Positions 10,328-21,892 of a stretch of DNA of 64,000 nucleotides are shown piece after piece. Under the pieces are notes generated by a model. The model did no database searches. It saw only the letters and a program-made list of their open reading frames with translations, and was not told where the DNA came from. The stretch's first letter is position 1. Each line of letters opens with the position of its first letter. The stretch is taken from assembly GCA_021798915.1 (NCBI GenBank), contig JAJZBM010000010.1:1624-65623 (forward strand), written 5' to 3'. The DNA is from Pseudomonadota bacterium. GTDB lineage: Bacteria; Pseudomonadota; Alphaproteobacteria; Acetobacterales; Acetobacteraceae. The position numbers and the translations under genes were made by a program.

Positions 10328-11389
10328 ATGGCAAGCAACGAAATCTCCGCGATCCTCCGCGACCAGACCGACCGCCTGCTCGCCGAGCATGTGACGCGCG
10401 CGGTTTTGGCCGCAGCCGATGGTGGGGCGTGGCCGGAGGCGCTGTGGGCGATGGTGGAGGAGGCGGGTCTGCCGCGCGCGATGATCGCCGAGGAGAAAGG
10501 CGGCGCCGGCCTCGCACCGGCCGAGGCGCTCTCGCTCCTCCGCCGCGCCGGCTATCACGCCCTGCCGCTGCCACTCGGGGAGACCATGCTCGCGAACGGG
10601 CTCTGGGTCGCATCCGGTGGCGAGCCGATCGCGGGGCCGGCGACGCTCGCGCCGACGATGGCGGGGGCGGCGGTCGAAATCACCGCGGCCGGCGGAAAAA
10701 CCGCTTTGCACGGCCGCCTCACCGGCGTTCCCTGGGGTGAACGCGCGACGCTGCTGGTGCTCGCCCGCGATGCCAATGGCAATGATCACCTCGCTTTGCT
10801 GCCGCCCCCGGCCATCCCCCCGGCGCAAAAGCGCAATCTCGCCGGCGAGCCACGGCCGGACCTCCTCCTCGATGGCGCCATCGCGGCCGCGATCCGCCCG
10901 GCGCCGCCACTCGCCAAATCCGGCATGCTCGCGCTCGGCGCCGCCTTGCGGGCGCAGCAGATGGTCGGCGCGATGGAACACGCGCTCGATCATGCCCTCA
11001 CTTACGCCAATGAACGCCAGCAATTCGGCCGCCCGATCGGCCGGTTCCAGGCGGTGCAGCACATGCTCGCCGAGGCCGCCGGGCAATTCGCCGCCGCGAC
11101 CGCCGCCGCCGATGGCGTTCTCGCCGCATTCGCCGAGGGGGACATCCTGATCGCGGCGGCGATGGCCAAGGCGCGGATCGGCGAGGCGGCGGGCAAGGTC
11201 GCCGAAATCACCCATCAGGTACACGGCGCGATGGGCTTCACGCAGGAGCACACGCTCCATTTCCTCACCCGGCGCCTGTGGTCGTGGCGTGACGAATTCG
11301 GCAATGAGGCGGAATGGCAGCGCCTCATCGGCCGCCGCGTCCTCGCGGCGGGTGGCGCGGCGCTGTGGCCGATGCTGGCCGGCGTATGA
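10328..11389 (+). CDS. Acyl-CoA dehydrogenase family protein (second of the pair)
   Basis: ATG at 10328 is preceded by GAGGAGG (10315-10321). ACAD C-terminal-domain pattern: ANERQQFGRPIGRFQAVQHMLAE...HQVHGAMGFTQEH.LHF.TRRLW.WR.EFGNE. A GTG at 10313 overlapping the upstream stop is an alternative start. Confidence 0.8.
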   Translation: MASNEISAILRDQTDRLLAEHVTRAVLAAADGGAWPEALWAMVEEAGLPRAMIAEEKGGAGLAPAEALSLLRRAGYHALPLPLGETMLANGLWVASGGEPIAGPATLAPTMAGAAVEITAAGGKTALHGRLTGVPWGERATLLVLARDANGNDHLALLPPPAIPPAQKRNLAGEPRPDLLLDGAIAAAIRPAPPLAKSGMLALGAALRAQQMVGAMEHALDHALTYANERQQFGRPIGRFQAVQHMLAEAAGQFAAATAAADGVLAAFAEGDILIAAAMAKARIGEAAGKVAEITHQVHGAMGFTQEHTLHFLTRRLWSWRDEFGNEAEWQRLIGRRVLAAGGAALWPMLAGV

Positions 11390-12648
11390 GCGGGGAAGAC
11401 CAGCCGCCGGCGCCAGAAGCGAGGGCGCCGCTCGCCGGGGTGCGGGTTCTCGATCTCACCACCGTCATCATGGGGCCGTTCGCGAGCCACATCCTCGCCG
11501 ATCTCGGCGCCGACGTGATCAAGATCGAGAGCCCGGACGGCGATCTCCTGCGCCAGTACCGCCCCTCGCGCTCGCCGGGGATGAGCGGCGTTTTTCTCAA
11601 TCTCCACCGCAATAAACGAAGCGTTGCACTTGATCTGAAACGAGAATCGCATCACGCAGCACTCGATCGGCTGATCAATGGTGCGGATGTCTTTCTCCAC
11701 AACATCCGCCCGCAGGCGATCGCCCGGCTCGGCTATACCTATGAGCGGGTCAAGGCCCTGAAGCCCGATATCGTCTATTGTGGCGCCTATGGCTTCGCCG
11801 CCACCGGCCCCTATGGCGAGAAGGCCGCCTATGACGATCTGATCCAGGCGGGCTCGGGAATCGCCGGCCTGTTCGCGGCGATCGACGGTGTCCCGCGCTA
11901 TGTGCCGACGGTGATTTGCGACAAGCTCACTGGCCAGGCGATCGCCTATTCCATCCTCGCCGCCCTGTTCGCCCGCGCTCGCGGCGCAGGCGGCCAGGCG
12001 ATCGAGGTGCCGATGTTCGAAACCACGGTCGAATTCAATCTGGTCGAACACATCACCGGCGCCGCTTTCGTGCCACCGCTCGGCCGCGCCGGCTTCGGGC
12101 GCCTCCTGAACGCGCGGCGCAAGCCCTATCGCACCGCCGACGGTTATGCCTGCATCCTCCCCTATTCCGACCGCAACTGGCAGGATTTCTATGATTTCAC
12201 CGGCCGCGGCGAATTCAAGAACGATCCCCGCTTCGCCCGCCTTGCCGAGCGGGTGCAAAACATCGATACCCTCTACGCGATGATCGAGGAGGAAGCGCCC
12301 AAGCGTGGCACCGCCGAATGGGTCGCATTCTGTGATCGGGTTTCGATCCCGTGCATGCCGGTCTTGAGCCTCGATGAGCTGGAGGACGACCCGCAAATCG
12401 TCGCCTCTGGTCTCTTCGCCGAAGCCGAACACCCGAGCGAGGGGCGCTATCGCAGCGTTCGCCGGCCAGTGACGTTCAGCGCCGATCCTTTCGCAATCCG
12501 CCGCCACGCGCCGCGTCTCGGCGAGCACACCGAGGAGGTTCTGGCCGAGGCCGGGCTCGACCGCGCCGCCCGGGCCGCGATCCTTGCCGATCTCGGCGTC
12601 GATGCACGGCCGGATGCCACAACGCCGGTGCCGGCGGGCGAAAGCTGA
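11386..12648 (+). CDS. Family III (CaiB/BaiF-type) CoA-transferase
   Basis: LAGVRVLDLTTVIMGPFASHILADLGADVIKIESPDGD matches family III. The ATG at 11386 forms an ATGA overlap with the preceding stop. Confidence 0.85.
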   Translation: MSGEDQPPAPEARAPLAGVRVLDLTTVIMGPFASHILADLGADVIKIESPDGDLLRQYRPSRSPGMSGVFLNLHRNKRSVALDLKRESHHAALDRLINGADVFLHNIRPQAIARLGYTYERVKALKPDIVYCGAYGFAATGPYGEKAAYDDLIQAGSGIAGLFAAIDGVPRYVPTVICDKLTGQAIAYSILAALFARARGAGGQAIEVPMFETTVEFNLVEHITGAAFVPPLGRAGFGRLLNARRKPYRTADGYACILPYSDRNWQDFYDFTGRGEFKNDPRFARLAERVQNIDTLYAMIEEEAPKRGTAEWVAFCDRVSIPCMPVLSLDELEDDPQIVASGLFAEAEHPSEGRYRSVRRPVTFSADPFAIRRHAPRLGEHTEEVLAEAGLDRAARAAILADLGVDARPDATTPVPAGES

Positions 12649-12650
12649 GC

Positions 12651-13247
12651 ATGGCACGGTATGACCCGATGGCTGGCCGGCCGTTCATCGTCGGCCTCGG
12701 CGGCACGATGCGGCCGGGTTCGGCGACCGAGCGGATCCTGACGATCGCCCTCGATTGCGTCGCCGCCCTCGGCGCCGAAACCGCGTTGATCGGCGGCGCC
12801 GCATTGCAGATGCCGATGTATGATCCGGCCGAGACGGATTTTTCTCCGGCGGCGCGGCATCTGGTCGATCTGATCCGGCGCTGTGACGGGTTGATCATCG
12901 CCTCGCCCGGCTATCACGGCACCATCTCCGGCATGATCAAGAACGCGATCGACCATATCGAAATGCTGCGTGACGATCCCCGGCCCTATCTCGAAGGCCG
13001 CGCCGTCGGCTGTCTGGTTTCCGCCCATGGCTGGCAGGCGACCGGGACGACACTGGTCGCGCTCCGTTCGGTCGTGCATGCGCTACGCGGCTGGCCGACA
13101 CCGTTCGGCGCCGCGATCAATGCCGCACAACCTTTGTTCGACGAATCCGGGGCGTGCACCAACCCCGTGCTGCGCGGGCAGATCGAACTAGTCGGGCGGC
13201 AGGTGCTGGAATTCGCGCGCATGAGGGGTGGGCATGGACACGGGTGA
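12651..13247 (+). CDS. NAD(P)H-dependent FMN reductase family protein
   Basis: 198 aa with IIASPGYHGTISGMIKNAIDH and a flavodoxin-like fold pattern. It starts 2 nt after the CoA-transferase stop. Confidence 0.75.
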   Translation: MARYDPMAGRPFIVGLGGTMRPGSATERILTIALDCVAALGAETALIGGAALQMPMYDPAETDFSPAARHLVDLIRRCDGLIIASPGYHGTISGMIKNAIDHIEMLRDDPRPYLEGRAVGCLVSAHGWQATGTTLVALRSVVHALRGWPTPFGAAINAAQPLFDESGACTNPVLRGQIELVGRQVLEFARMRGGHGHG

Positions 13248-13998
13248 CGAAGCGGCGCTGCCGCGCAGCATCCCGCTCGAAGGGGCGAGCAATGTCCGCG
13301 ATCTCGGCGGCTATCGCGGCGCCGATGGCAGAACGGTGCGTTTCGGCATGGTGTTTCGTTCGGCGAGCCTCGCGCGGCTCACGCCGACCGATCAGAAACG
13401 CCTGGCAACCCTTGGCATTCGCAGTATTTGTGATTTCCGCGGCCGGCGCGAGCGGGCGCATGCGCCGTCACGGCTCAAGGGGCTGCGCGGGATTCAGGTT
13501 CACTCCCTGCCGATCGAGCCACGGGTCGGCGCCTCGCTCGCCGATATCGTCGCGACCGGCCGGGCGAGCGGGGAGGACGTGCTGGCGATCCTGCGCCGTG
13601 CCTATCTCGCCTATGTCGGCGATCACGCGGCGAGTTATCGGGCGCTGTTCCAGCTCCTGCAACAGCCCGGCTTCACGCCGCTCCTGTTTCATTGCTCGGC
13701 CGGGAAGGACCGCACCGGCTTCGGCGCGGCGCTGGTTCTCGCCGCGCTCGGCGTCGGCTGGGAGCAGATCCTCGCGGATTATCTCGCCACCAACCGGCTC
13801 TGGGAAGCCGATAGCGCGCTCGCCCGCGATCTGCCGCCCGAACTCGCCGAGCCCTTGCTGCGCGTCCATCCGGAATTGCTGACCGCTGCGTTCGACGAAA
13901 TTCGCGGCCGTTTCGGCTCGCTCGAACATTATTTCACCGCGATGCTCGGCCTCGACCCGGAAGCGCGGGCGCGGCTTCAGGGGCGGTTTCTGGTCTGA
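13234..13998 (+). CDS. Protein-tyrosine/dual-specificity phosphatase-like protein (CX5R active site)
   Basis: N-terminal SNVRDLGG and active-site motif HCSAGKDRTG. The ATG at 13234 has GAGGGG upstream, and a GTG at 13228 is also possible. It overlaps the FMN reductase 3' end. Confidence 0.75.
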   Translation: MDTGDEAALPRSIPLEGASNVRDLGGYRGADGRTVRFGMVFRSASLARLTPTDQKRLATLGIRSICDFRGRRERAHAPSRLKGLRGIQVHSLPIEPRVGASLADIVATGRASGEDVLAILRRAYLAYVGDHAASYRALFQLLQQPGFTPLLFHCSAGKDRTGFGAALVLAALGVGWEQILADYLATNRLWEADSALARDLPPELAEPLLRVHPELLTAAFDEIRGRFGSLEHYFTAMLGLDPEARARLQGRFLV

Positions 13999-14076
13999 GC
14001 GCCCACCTGCTCACACTTCGATAACGAATTCGTGGTTTCCTCGTTTCCCCGCAGGATCGGAGAGCGAGCGCCGGCC

Positions 14077-15378
14077 ATGAATGCCCATCCCAACGCCCAG
14101 CCCGGCACGCGCCGCCCGTTCGCCGCCATTCTGGAAAACTTCGTCAGCGAGATCGATGCGACGGTCCGCGCCAACGGACTCGCGAACGGGCTTCGCGAGA
14201 GCTTGCGCGAGGCGGTTCTCGATTGCCCGCGGCATTTTTTCGTCCAGCGCTACATCGCCCAGGCCGGGGGCAATGTGCATGATCTCGCGCGCGGCCCGGC
14301 GGAGGCGCATCTCGGCGCGATCTATCGCGATGCCGCGCTCGGCCATGTCGATGCCGCCGGGCGGCCGATGGCGTCCACCAATTCGCAGCCCTCGATCGTG
14401 CTCCATCTCCTCGAACTCCTCGATCTCCAGCCCGGCCAGCGGGTTCTGGAGGTCGGCTCCGGCGGCGGCTGGATGCTCGGGCTGATCGCCCAGGCCGTCG
14501 GGCCGGCGGGTGAGGCGGTCGGGGTCGAGATCATTCCCGAACTCGCGGCCCAAAGCCGGCAATCGCTCGCCGCCGCCGGCATCACCAATGCCCGCGTCCA
14601 CGCCGCTGACGGGCAGGCGGCGCTGGCCGGGCTCGGCCGCTTCGACCGCATCATTTTCACAACCGGGCTGTTCGAACTGCCGGCGCCGTTTTTCGATGCC
14701 GTGGTGCCGGACGGGCTGTTGCTGGCGCCGTTTCAGATCAAGGGTCTCGGCAATGATGTTCTGCTGCTGCGGCGAACCGAGGCGGGCGGATTTCGCGCCG
14801 AGGCCTCGCTCGCCTGCTGCTTCATCTACCCGACCGGGGCACTGGCAGCCGCCGATTACGCGCCGCGCGCCCTCGCCGAGCTGCCGCTTTGGCAGGAGGT
14901 CGCACTCGCCGAGACGGTCCGGATCCCGATGCCGCTCGGGCGCACCCGCTACGCGACGACGCCTTTCGCGCTCGCGACCATTCCGTTCCGCTCCTTCCTC
15001 ACCAAATGCGAGCCGCGTTTCGTGGTGTTCGGTCAAGGTGGAGCGGGGGAGGGGGTGAGCCCGCAAATCGCCGGTGCCGCCGGGGGCAGTTTCGATGTCG
15101 CCGGGATCGGCCTCGTCGATGAAGCGGGTGGCTCGCTCGCGCTCTGCAACGGCGCCGAACTGATCGGCTTCGGTAACCCGGCGGCGGCGGATGCGCTGCT
15201 CTCGGCGTATGGTCAGTGGGCGCGCTGCCTGATGCCGGGGATCGAGGCGTTCGATGCCACGCTCTGGCGGAAAGGGGAGGCGCCGGCCGGCGCGGTTTGG
15301 GCCGAGCCGCGCGGCGAGACGGTGTTTCACTGGTCGCTCAAGCCGGATTGGCCACGCCTCGCCCCTTCTCCCGGCTGA
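14077..15378 (+). CDS. PIMT-like SAM-dependent methyltransferase with a ~200-aa C-terminal extension
   Basis: SAM motif I VLEVGSGGGWMLGLIA and post-I VGVEIIPEL, preceded by a PIMT-like STNSQPSIVLHLLELL segment. The C-terminal half matches no family I recognise. Start alternatives are ATG 14077 and GTG 14032. Confidence 0.65.
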   Translation: MNAHPNAQPGTRRPFAAILENFVSEIDATVRANGLANGLRESLREAVLDCPRHFFVQRYIAQAGGNVHDLARGPAEAHLGAIYRDAALGHVDAAGRPMASTNSQPSIVLHLLELLDLQPGQRVLEVGSGGGWMLGLIAQAVGPAGEAVGVEIIPELAAQSRQSLAAAGITNARVHAADGQAALAGLGRFDRIIFTTGLFELPAPFFDAVVPDGLLLAPFQIKGLGNDVLLLRRTEAGGFRAEASLACCFIYPTGALAAADYAPRALAELPLWQEVALAETVRIPMPLGRTRYATTPFALATIPFRSFLTKCEPRFVVFGQGGAGEGVSPQIAGAAGGSFDVAGIGLVDEAGGSLALCNGAELIGFGNPAAADALLSAYGQWARCLMPGIEAFDATLWRKGEAPAGAVWAEPRGETVFHWSLKPDWPRLAPSPG

Positions 15379-15422
15379 GCTGGCGGGTTAGGCTTCCCTG
15401 ACAACAACACCGGAGGAAGCCG

Positions 15423-16205
15423 ATGAGCGATCTGATCGAAACCGTGGCCGCGGGCATCGCGACCTTCACCCTGAACCGGCCAGACCGGCTGAACGCGCTT
15501 TCGGCGGAGATGCTGGACGGGCTGATCGCGGCGCTGCAGCGGGTTGCCGTCGATCCCGCGATCGCTGCCGTCATCCTCACCGGCGCCGGGCGTGCCTTCT
15601 GCGCCGGCGGCGATGTCAAGGCGATGGCAGCGCGCACCGATGACAGCATGGAGCGCCGCGCGGCCGAGTTGCGGCTCCGTCATCATCTGATCCTGCTGAT
15701 CCGCCAGTCGCCGAAAATCATCATCGGTGCGATCAACGGCCCGGCCTTCGGCGCCGGGCTCGGCATCGCGCTCGCCTGTGATCTCCGCCTCGCCGCCGAG
15801 AGTGCGCGCTTCGGCACCGCTTTCGCCGGGGTCGGATTTTCCGGCGATTTCGGCGGATCCTATCACGTGACCAAGCTTGCCGGCCCGGCCAAGGCGCGCG
15901 AACTCTATCTCCTCGGCGAGCCGATCGACGCGCGCGAGGCCCATCGGCTCGACCTCGTCACGCGCGTCGTCCCCGATGGCGCGCTGCTGGCGGAGGCGGA
16001 AACTCTCGCCCGCCGCTTCGCCGACGGGCCGCGCCTCGCTTACGCCTATATGAAGCGCAACCTGCTCGCCGCCGAGACCGGCAGCCTCGCCGATGTCCTC
16101 GACATGGAAGCATTCCATCAGGCCCGCACCGGCATGACCGAGGACCACCGCGAGGCGCGCGAGGCGTTCGTCGAGAAACGCAAGCCGGTGTTCAAGGGAA
16201 AATAA
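15423..16205 (+). CDS. Enoyl-CoA hydratase/isomerase (crotonase) family protein
   Basis: 260 aa with the patterns TLNRPDRLNAL, VILTGAGRAFCAGGDVK and AINGPAFGAGLGIALACDLRLAAESARFG. Confidence 0.9.
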   Translation: MSDLIETVAAGIATFTLNRPDRLNALSAEMLDGLIAALQRVAVDPAIAAVILTGAGRAFCAGGDVKAMAARTDDSMERRAAELRLRHHLILLIRQSPKIIIGAINGPAFGAGLGIALACDLRLAAESARFGTAFAGVGFSGDFGGSYHVTKLAGPAKARELYLLGEPIDAREAHRLDLVTRVVPDGALLAEAETLARRFADGPRLAYAYMKRNLLAAETGSLADVLDMEAFHQARTGMTEDHREAREAFVEKRKPVFKGK

Positions 16206-16212
16206 GGAAAGC

Positions 16213-16331
16213 GTTCTTTTTTGTAAAAAAGAACCAAAAAACTTTTATCCTGATCTCTCTTCGTCGCAGTGCCGCAGGCACTGCGGCACCGGAGAAAAGT
16301 CTTTTTGCTTCTTTTTCTTCAGAAAAAGAAG
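16213..16331. repeat. AT-rich nested-palindrome intergenic element, copy 1
   Basis: Three hairpins: gttcttttttgtaaaaaagaac (16213-16234), cagtgccgcaggcactg (16267-16283) and cttctttttcttcagaaaaagaag (16308-16331). The linking arms are mutually complementary (caaaaaacttttatcc / ggagaaaagtctttttg). It lies between convergent stops at 16205 and 16354. Confidence 0.9.
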
Positions 16332-16353
16332 ATTATTTTTTAACTTTAATGCT

Positions 16354-18462
16354 TTATATTATAGTTTTCTCACGTTCCAGCGCGCCGGCGATGAGGTCGA
16401 TCTGGCGGGCGATGCGCCCGAGGGCCTCGGCGAGGGCGGGATCGGCGGGCGCGGCGGGCGCGGGGGCGGAAAGCGGGGCGGCGGCGGCGAGCGTATCGAG
16501 GGCCTGCCCGATCCAGTCACGCCACGCCGCCAGCGCCGCGCGATCAGCGGCGTTGAGTGAGACGGACGCGAGGCGCATCGCGATCAGCCGCCCGGCGAGG
16601 CGGCGGAGTGCGGCATCGGCGAGCAACGCGATTTCGAGCCGCGCGCGCTGGCCCCGGTGGGGCTCGTGCAAAGCGCGGGCGAGGGAGGCCTCCAGATTGT
16701 TGCTGGCGATTCCCGCCCCCCGGCGCGCGGCCTCGGCGCGCGGATCGTCACCCTCGGCGAGCAGCAGCGCGAGGATCGCCTCGGCATAGCGGGCATGGGC
16801 GCGAAGCGCCGCGGTGAGTTCGCCGCGCGCCCGCTCCGGCTCCCAGCTCGGCCAGAGAACCACCACTCCGGCGAGCGCCAGCCCCCCCCCGAGCAGCGTG
16901 TAAAGCGCCCGCATGAGCGCGATTTCGAGCCCGCTCACGCCGGCATGGCCGAGTTCCGAAAGCAGCACGATGAGCGGCGTGAGCAGGGTGATGTAAAGCC
17001 CGAAGCTCGCCATTCTGACAGCCATCGCGGCGATGGTGAGCGGAAACAGCGCGCTCGCGAGCTGCCAGGGGGAATGGAGGGCGAGTGCCAGGAGTGACGC
17101 GAGGAAACCGCCGGCGACGGTGCCGGCGATGCGCTCGAGCGCGCGTTGCAGGGTCAGCGCGAAATAGGGCTGCATGGTCAAAATCAGGGTGATAGTCAGC
17201 CAATGCTGATAGGTGCCGTTTTCGCGAAAGGTGATGGCGAGCGCCGGGGCAGCGACCAGGGCGGCGCGCGCGGCATGGCGAAGCGGCGCGGAATTGGCGG
17301 TGAGATTGGCCGAAAGTGGCCCCCGGATGCGTGCCGCAAGCGGCGGCGATGTGCCATCCGGCTGCGTCCCTGGGCTGAGCCCGGCGGGGAGGGTGATGGT
17401 GAGCGCCACCTGGAGGCGGTCGGCGATACCGGCGCTGATGCGGGCGAGCGGATCCTCGGGCGCGATCCCGGCCATCGGTGCCGCGAGCGCGGTGATGGCC
17501 CGCGCAAGGCGGGCGGGCGTGGCGATGCGGTCGCGGACGATGGCGACGGCAAGGGTCGACAATAACGGCGCGAGACGGCGGAGCAGCCGCGACGCCGCCT
17601 CGCGCCGCGCCGGGCTCGCCGCTGATTGCATGGTCTCGTCGAGGGCGATGAGGGATGCGAAAATCTGCTCCGCCGCTTCCAGCCGGATCAGGCTTTGCGC
17701 CGCGCGCGGACTTTGCGCGCCGCGCTGGCGGAGCGTCGTCAGCACCACGTCACGCGCCTGCTCGATCGTCTCCCGCACCGCCCGCCGATGTGCCCGCGCA
17801 TGCGCCTCCCAGACGGCGGTATCTTCGCTCGCCAGAACGCGACGGAGATCGGCGGCGAGAAGCGCGAGGGCACGGTAGGTTTCGGCGACCGCGCGCCGCG
17901 TCGGGCGATAGGGATGAAGCCGCCAGATCACCAGCGTCAGCAGCACCGCCCAGAGGCCACCGGCGACGAACAGGGCGAGGCTGGAGAGGGCGGCGGCGGC
18001 GTCCGGCCATGGGCGATCGAGGGCGAGCACCAGGACGACCGTCGCCAGCGCCCCCACTTGCTGCGCCGCCTGGCCATAGATGCGGGCCATGCTGAGCGCG
18101 AAAATGGCGAGACAGGCGATCGGGATCGCAACATAGCCAAGGGCGCGAAGGAAGCCGAAGACGCAGAAAATCACCGCGCCGAGCAGGGTGAAACTGAGCA
18201 GCGCCGGCACCCGCCGGCTGACCGGCCCGCCGGGGTCGCACATGCAGGTAAAGAGGGACGCCAGCGCCGCCTGCATCAGCCCCGGCCAAGCGAGCCAGCC
18301 GGAGAGGGCGACGATGACGGCAACCGAAAGCGCGGCGCGCACCCCCTCTGCGATGCTGATGGCACGGAGATCGAGCGCGATCGGCAGCCGGCTGAGATCC
18401 GTCCCCGGCAGCGCACCAAACCTGAAGCCGCCCGGGCCAGCAAGGAACCCGGGCGGCCGCAT
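16354..18462 (-). CDS. FUSC/YccS-family integral membrane protein (fusaric-acid-resistance-like)
   Basis: ~700 aa with two multi-TM blocks separated by a long helical soluble region. The N-terminal AISIAEGVRAALSVAVIVALS...ASLFTCMCDPGG pattern is typical of FUSC/YccS. Start set at Met23 (18462), 14 nt after the acnA stop, though 18528 is also possible. Confidence 0.7.
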   Translation of the reverse strand: MRPPGFLAGPGGFRFGALPGTDLSRLPIALDLRAISIAEGVRAALSVAVIVALSGWLAWPGLMQAALASLFTCMCDPGGPVSRRVPALLSFTLLGAVIFCVFGFLRALGYVAIPIACLAIFALSMARIYGQAAQQVGALATVVLVLALDRPWPDAAAALSSLALFVAGGLWAVLLTLVIWRLHPYRPTRRAVAETYRALALLAADLRRVLASEDTAVWEAHARAHRRAVRETIEQARDVVLTTLRQRGAQSPRAAQSLIRLEAAEQIFASLIALDETMQSAASPARREAASRLLRRLAPLLSTLAVAIVRDRIATPARLARAITALAAPMAGIAPEDPLARISAGIADRLQVALTITLPAGLSPGTQPDGTSPPLAARIRGPLSANLTANSAPLRHAARAALVAAPALAITFRENGTYQHWLTITLILTMQPYFALTLQRALERIAGTVAGGFLASLLALALHSPWQLASALFPLTIAAMAVRMASFGLYITLLTPLIVLLSELGHAGVSGLEIALMRALYTLLGGGLALAGVVVLWPSWEPERARGELTAALRAHARYAEAILALLLAEGDDPRAEAARRGAGIASNNLEASLARALHEPHRGQRARLEIALLADAALRRLAGRLIAMRLASVSLNAADRAALAAWRDWIGQALDTLAAAAPLSAPAPAAPADPALAEALGRIARQIDLIAGALEREKTII

Positions 18463-18476
18463 CGCTCTGCGCCGGT

Positions 18477-21164
<2,688 letters not shown>

Positions 21165-21271
21165 GCGTGCGCGCTCCGTCTGCCCAAGCGGCGATCGCGA
21201 TGATCGCCCGCATTGCATGAGACGCGGGCTTAGACCATACCCCGCGCAGCGACAAGCAGGCAGGGCAGGGG

Positions 21272-21892
21272 ATGGCGCAAGCAGCGGCGCATCAGGGGGC
21301 GGATTGGTTTGAGGCGCGCGATCTGGCGGCGTTTCGTGGCGAGCGGCTGGTCTTGGAAGGCGTGTCGTTCCGGCTCGTGGCGGGCGGCGCGCTGTTGCTG
21401 CGGGGGCCGAACGGGGCGGGAAAATCGACGCTGCTCCGCGTGCTCGCCGGCCTCATTCCGCTGGCCGCCGGCGCTCTGCTGTGGCGGGGGGAGGACGCGC
21501 TCGCCGATCTTTCGCATCACGCCCGAAGATTGGCCTATCTCGGCCATCAGGACGCGGTGAAGCCGGGGTTTTCGGTTGCCGAAAACCTGGCCTTCGCCGC
21601 GGGCGGCGGCGATACCGGGGCGGCGCTGGCGGCCGTCAATCTCGGGCCACTCGCCGATTTGCCGGCGCGCTTCCTCTCCGCCGGTCAGCGCCGGCGGCTG
21701 GCGCTGGCGCGCCTGCCCCTGACGCGCGCCCCGCTTTGGCTGCTCGACGAGCCGGGCAACGGGCTCGACGATGCAGCGATCAAAGCCCTCGGGGCGCTTT
21801 CGGACCGGCATCGCGCCGCCGGCGGCATGGTGATCGCGGCGACACATCACGATTTGCCCTTTCCTGGCGCCGCGCAACTTTCCCTGACATGA
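21272..21892 (+). CDS. ccmA: Heme exporter ATP-binding protein CcmA
   Basis: 206 aa with Walker A GPNGAGKSTLLR, the signature LSAGQRRRLALARL and Walker B LWLLDEP. It is divergent from acnA. Confidence 0.9.
   Translation: MAQAAAHQGADWFEARDLAAFRGERLVLEGVSFRLVAGGALLLRGPNGAGKSTLLRVLAGLIPLAAGALLWRGEDALADLSHHARRLAYLGHQDAVKPGFSVAENLAFAAGGGDTGAALAAVNLGPLADLPARFLSAGQRRRLALARLPLTRAPLWLLDEPGNGLDDAAIKALGALSDRHRAAGGMVIAATHHDLPFPGAAQLSLT

Noticed and set aside
10028-11260. Long antisense ORFs, here and at 14011-15330 (-), 33302-34705 (-), 35421-36668 (-), 40843-42342 (+), 43019-44359 (+), 54867-56657 (+), 59285-60664 (+) and 62280-63494 (+)
   Set aside because: All overlap well-supported genes on the opposite strand. 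They have an Arg/Gly/Pro-skewed composition and no family motifs. I treat them as shadow ORFs of GC-rich coding DNA.
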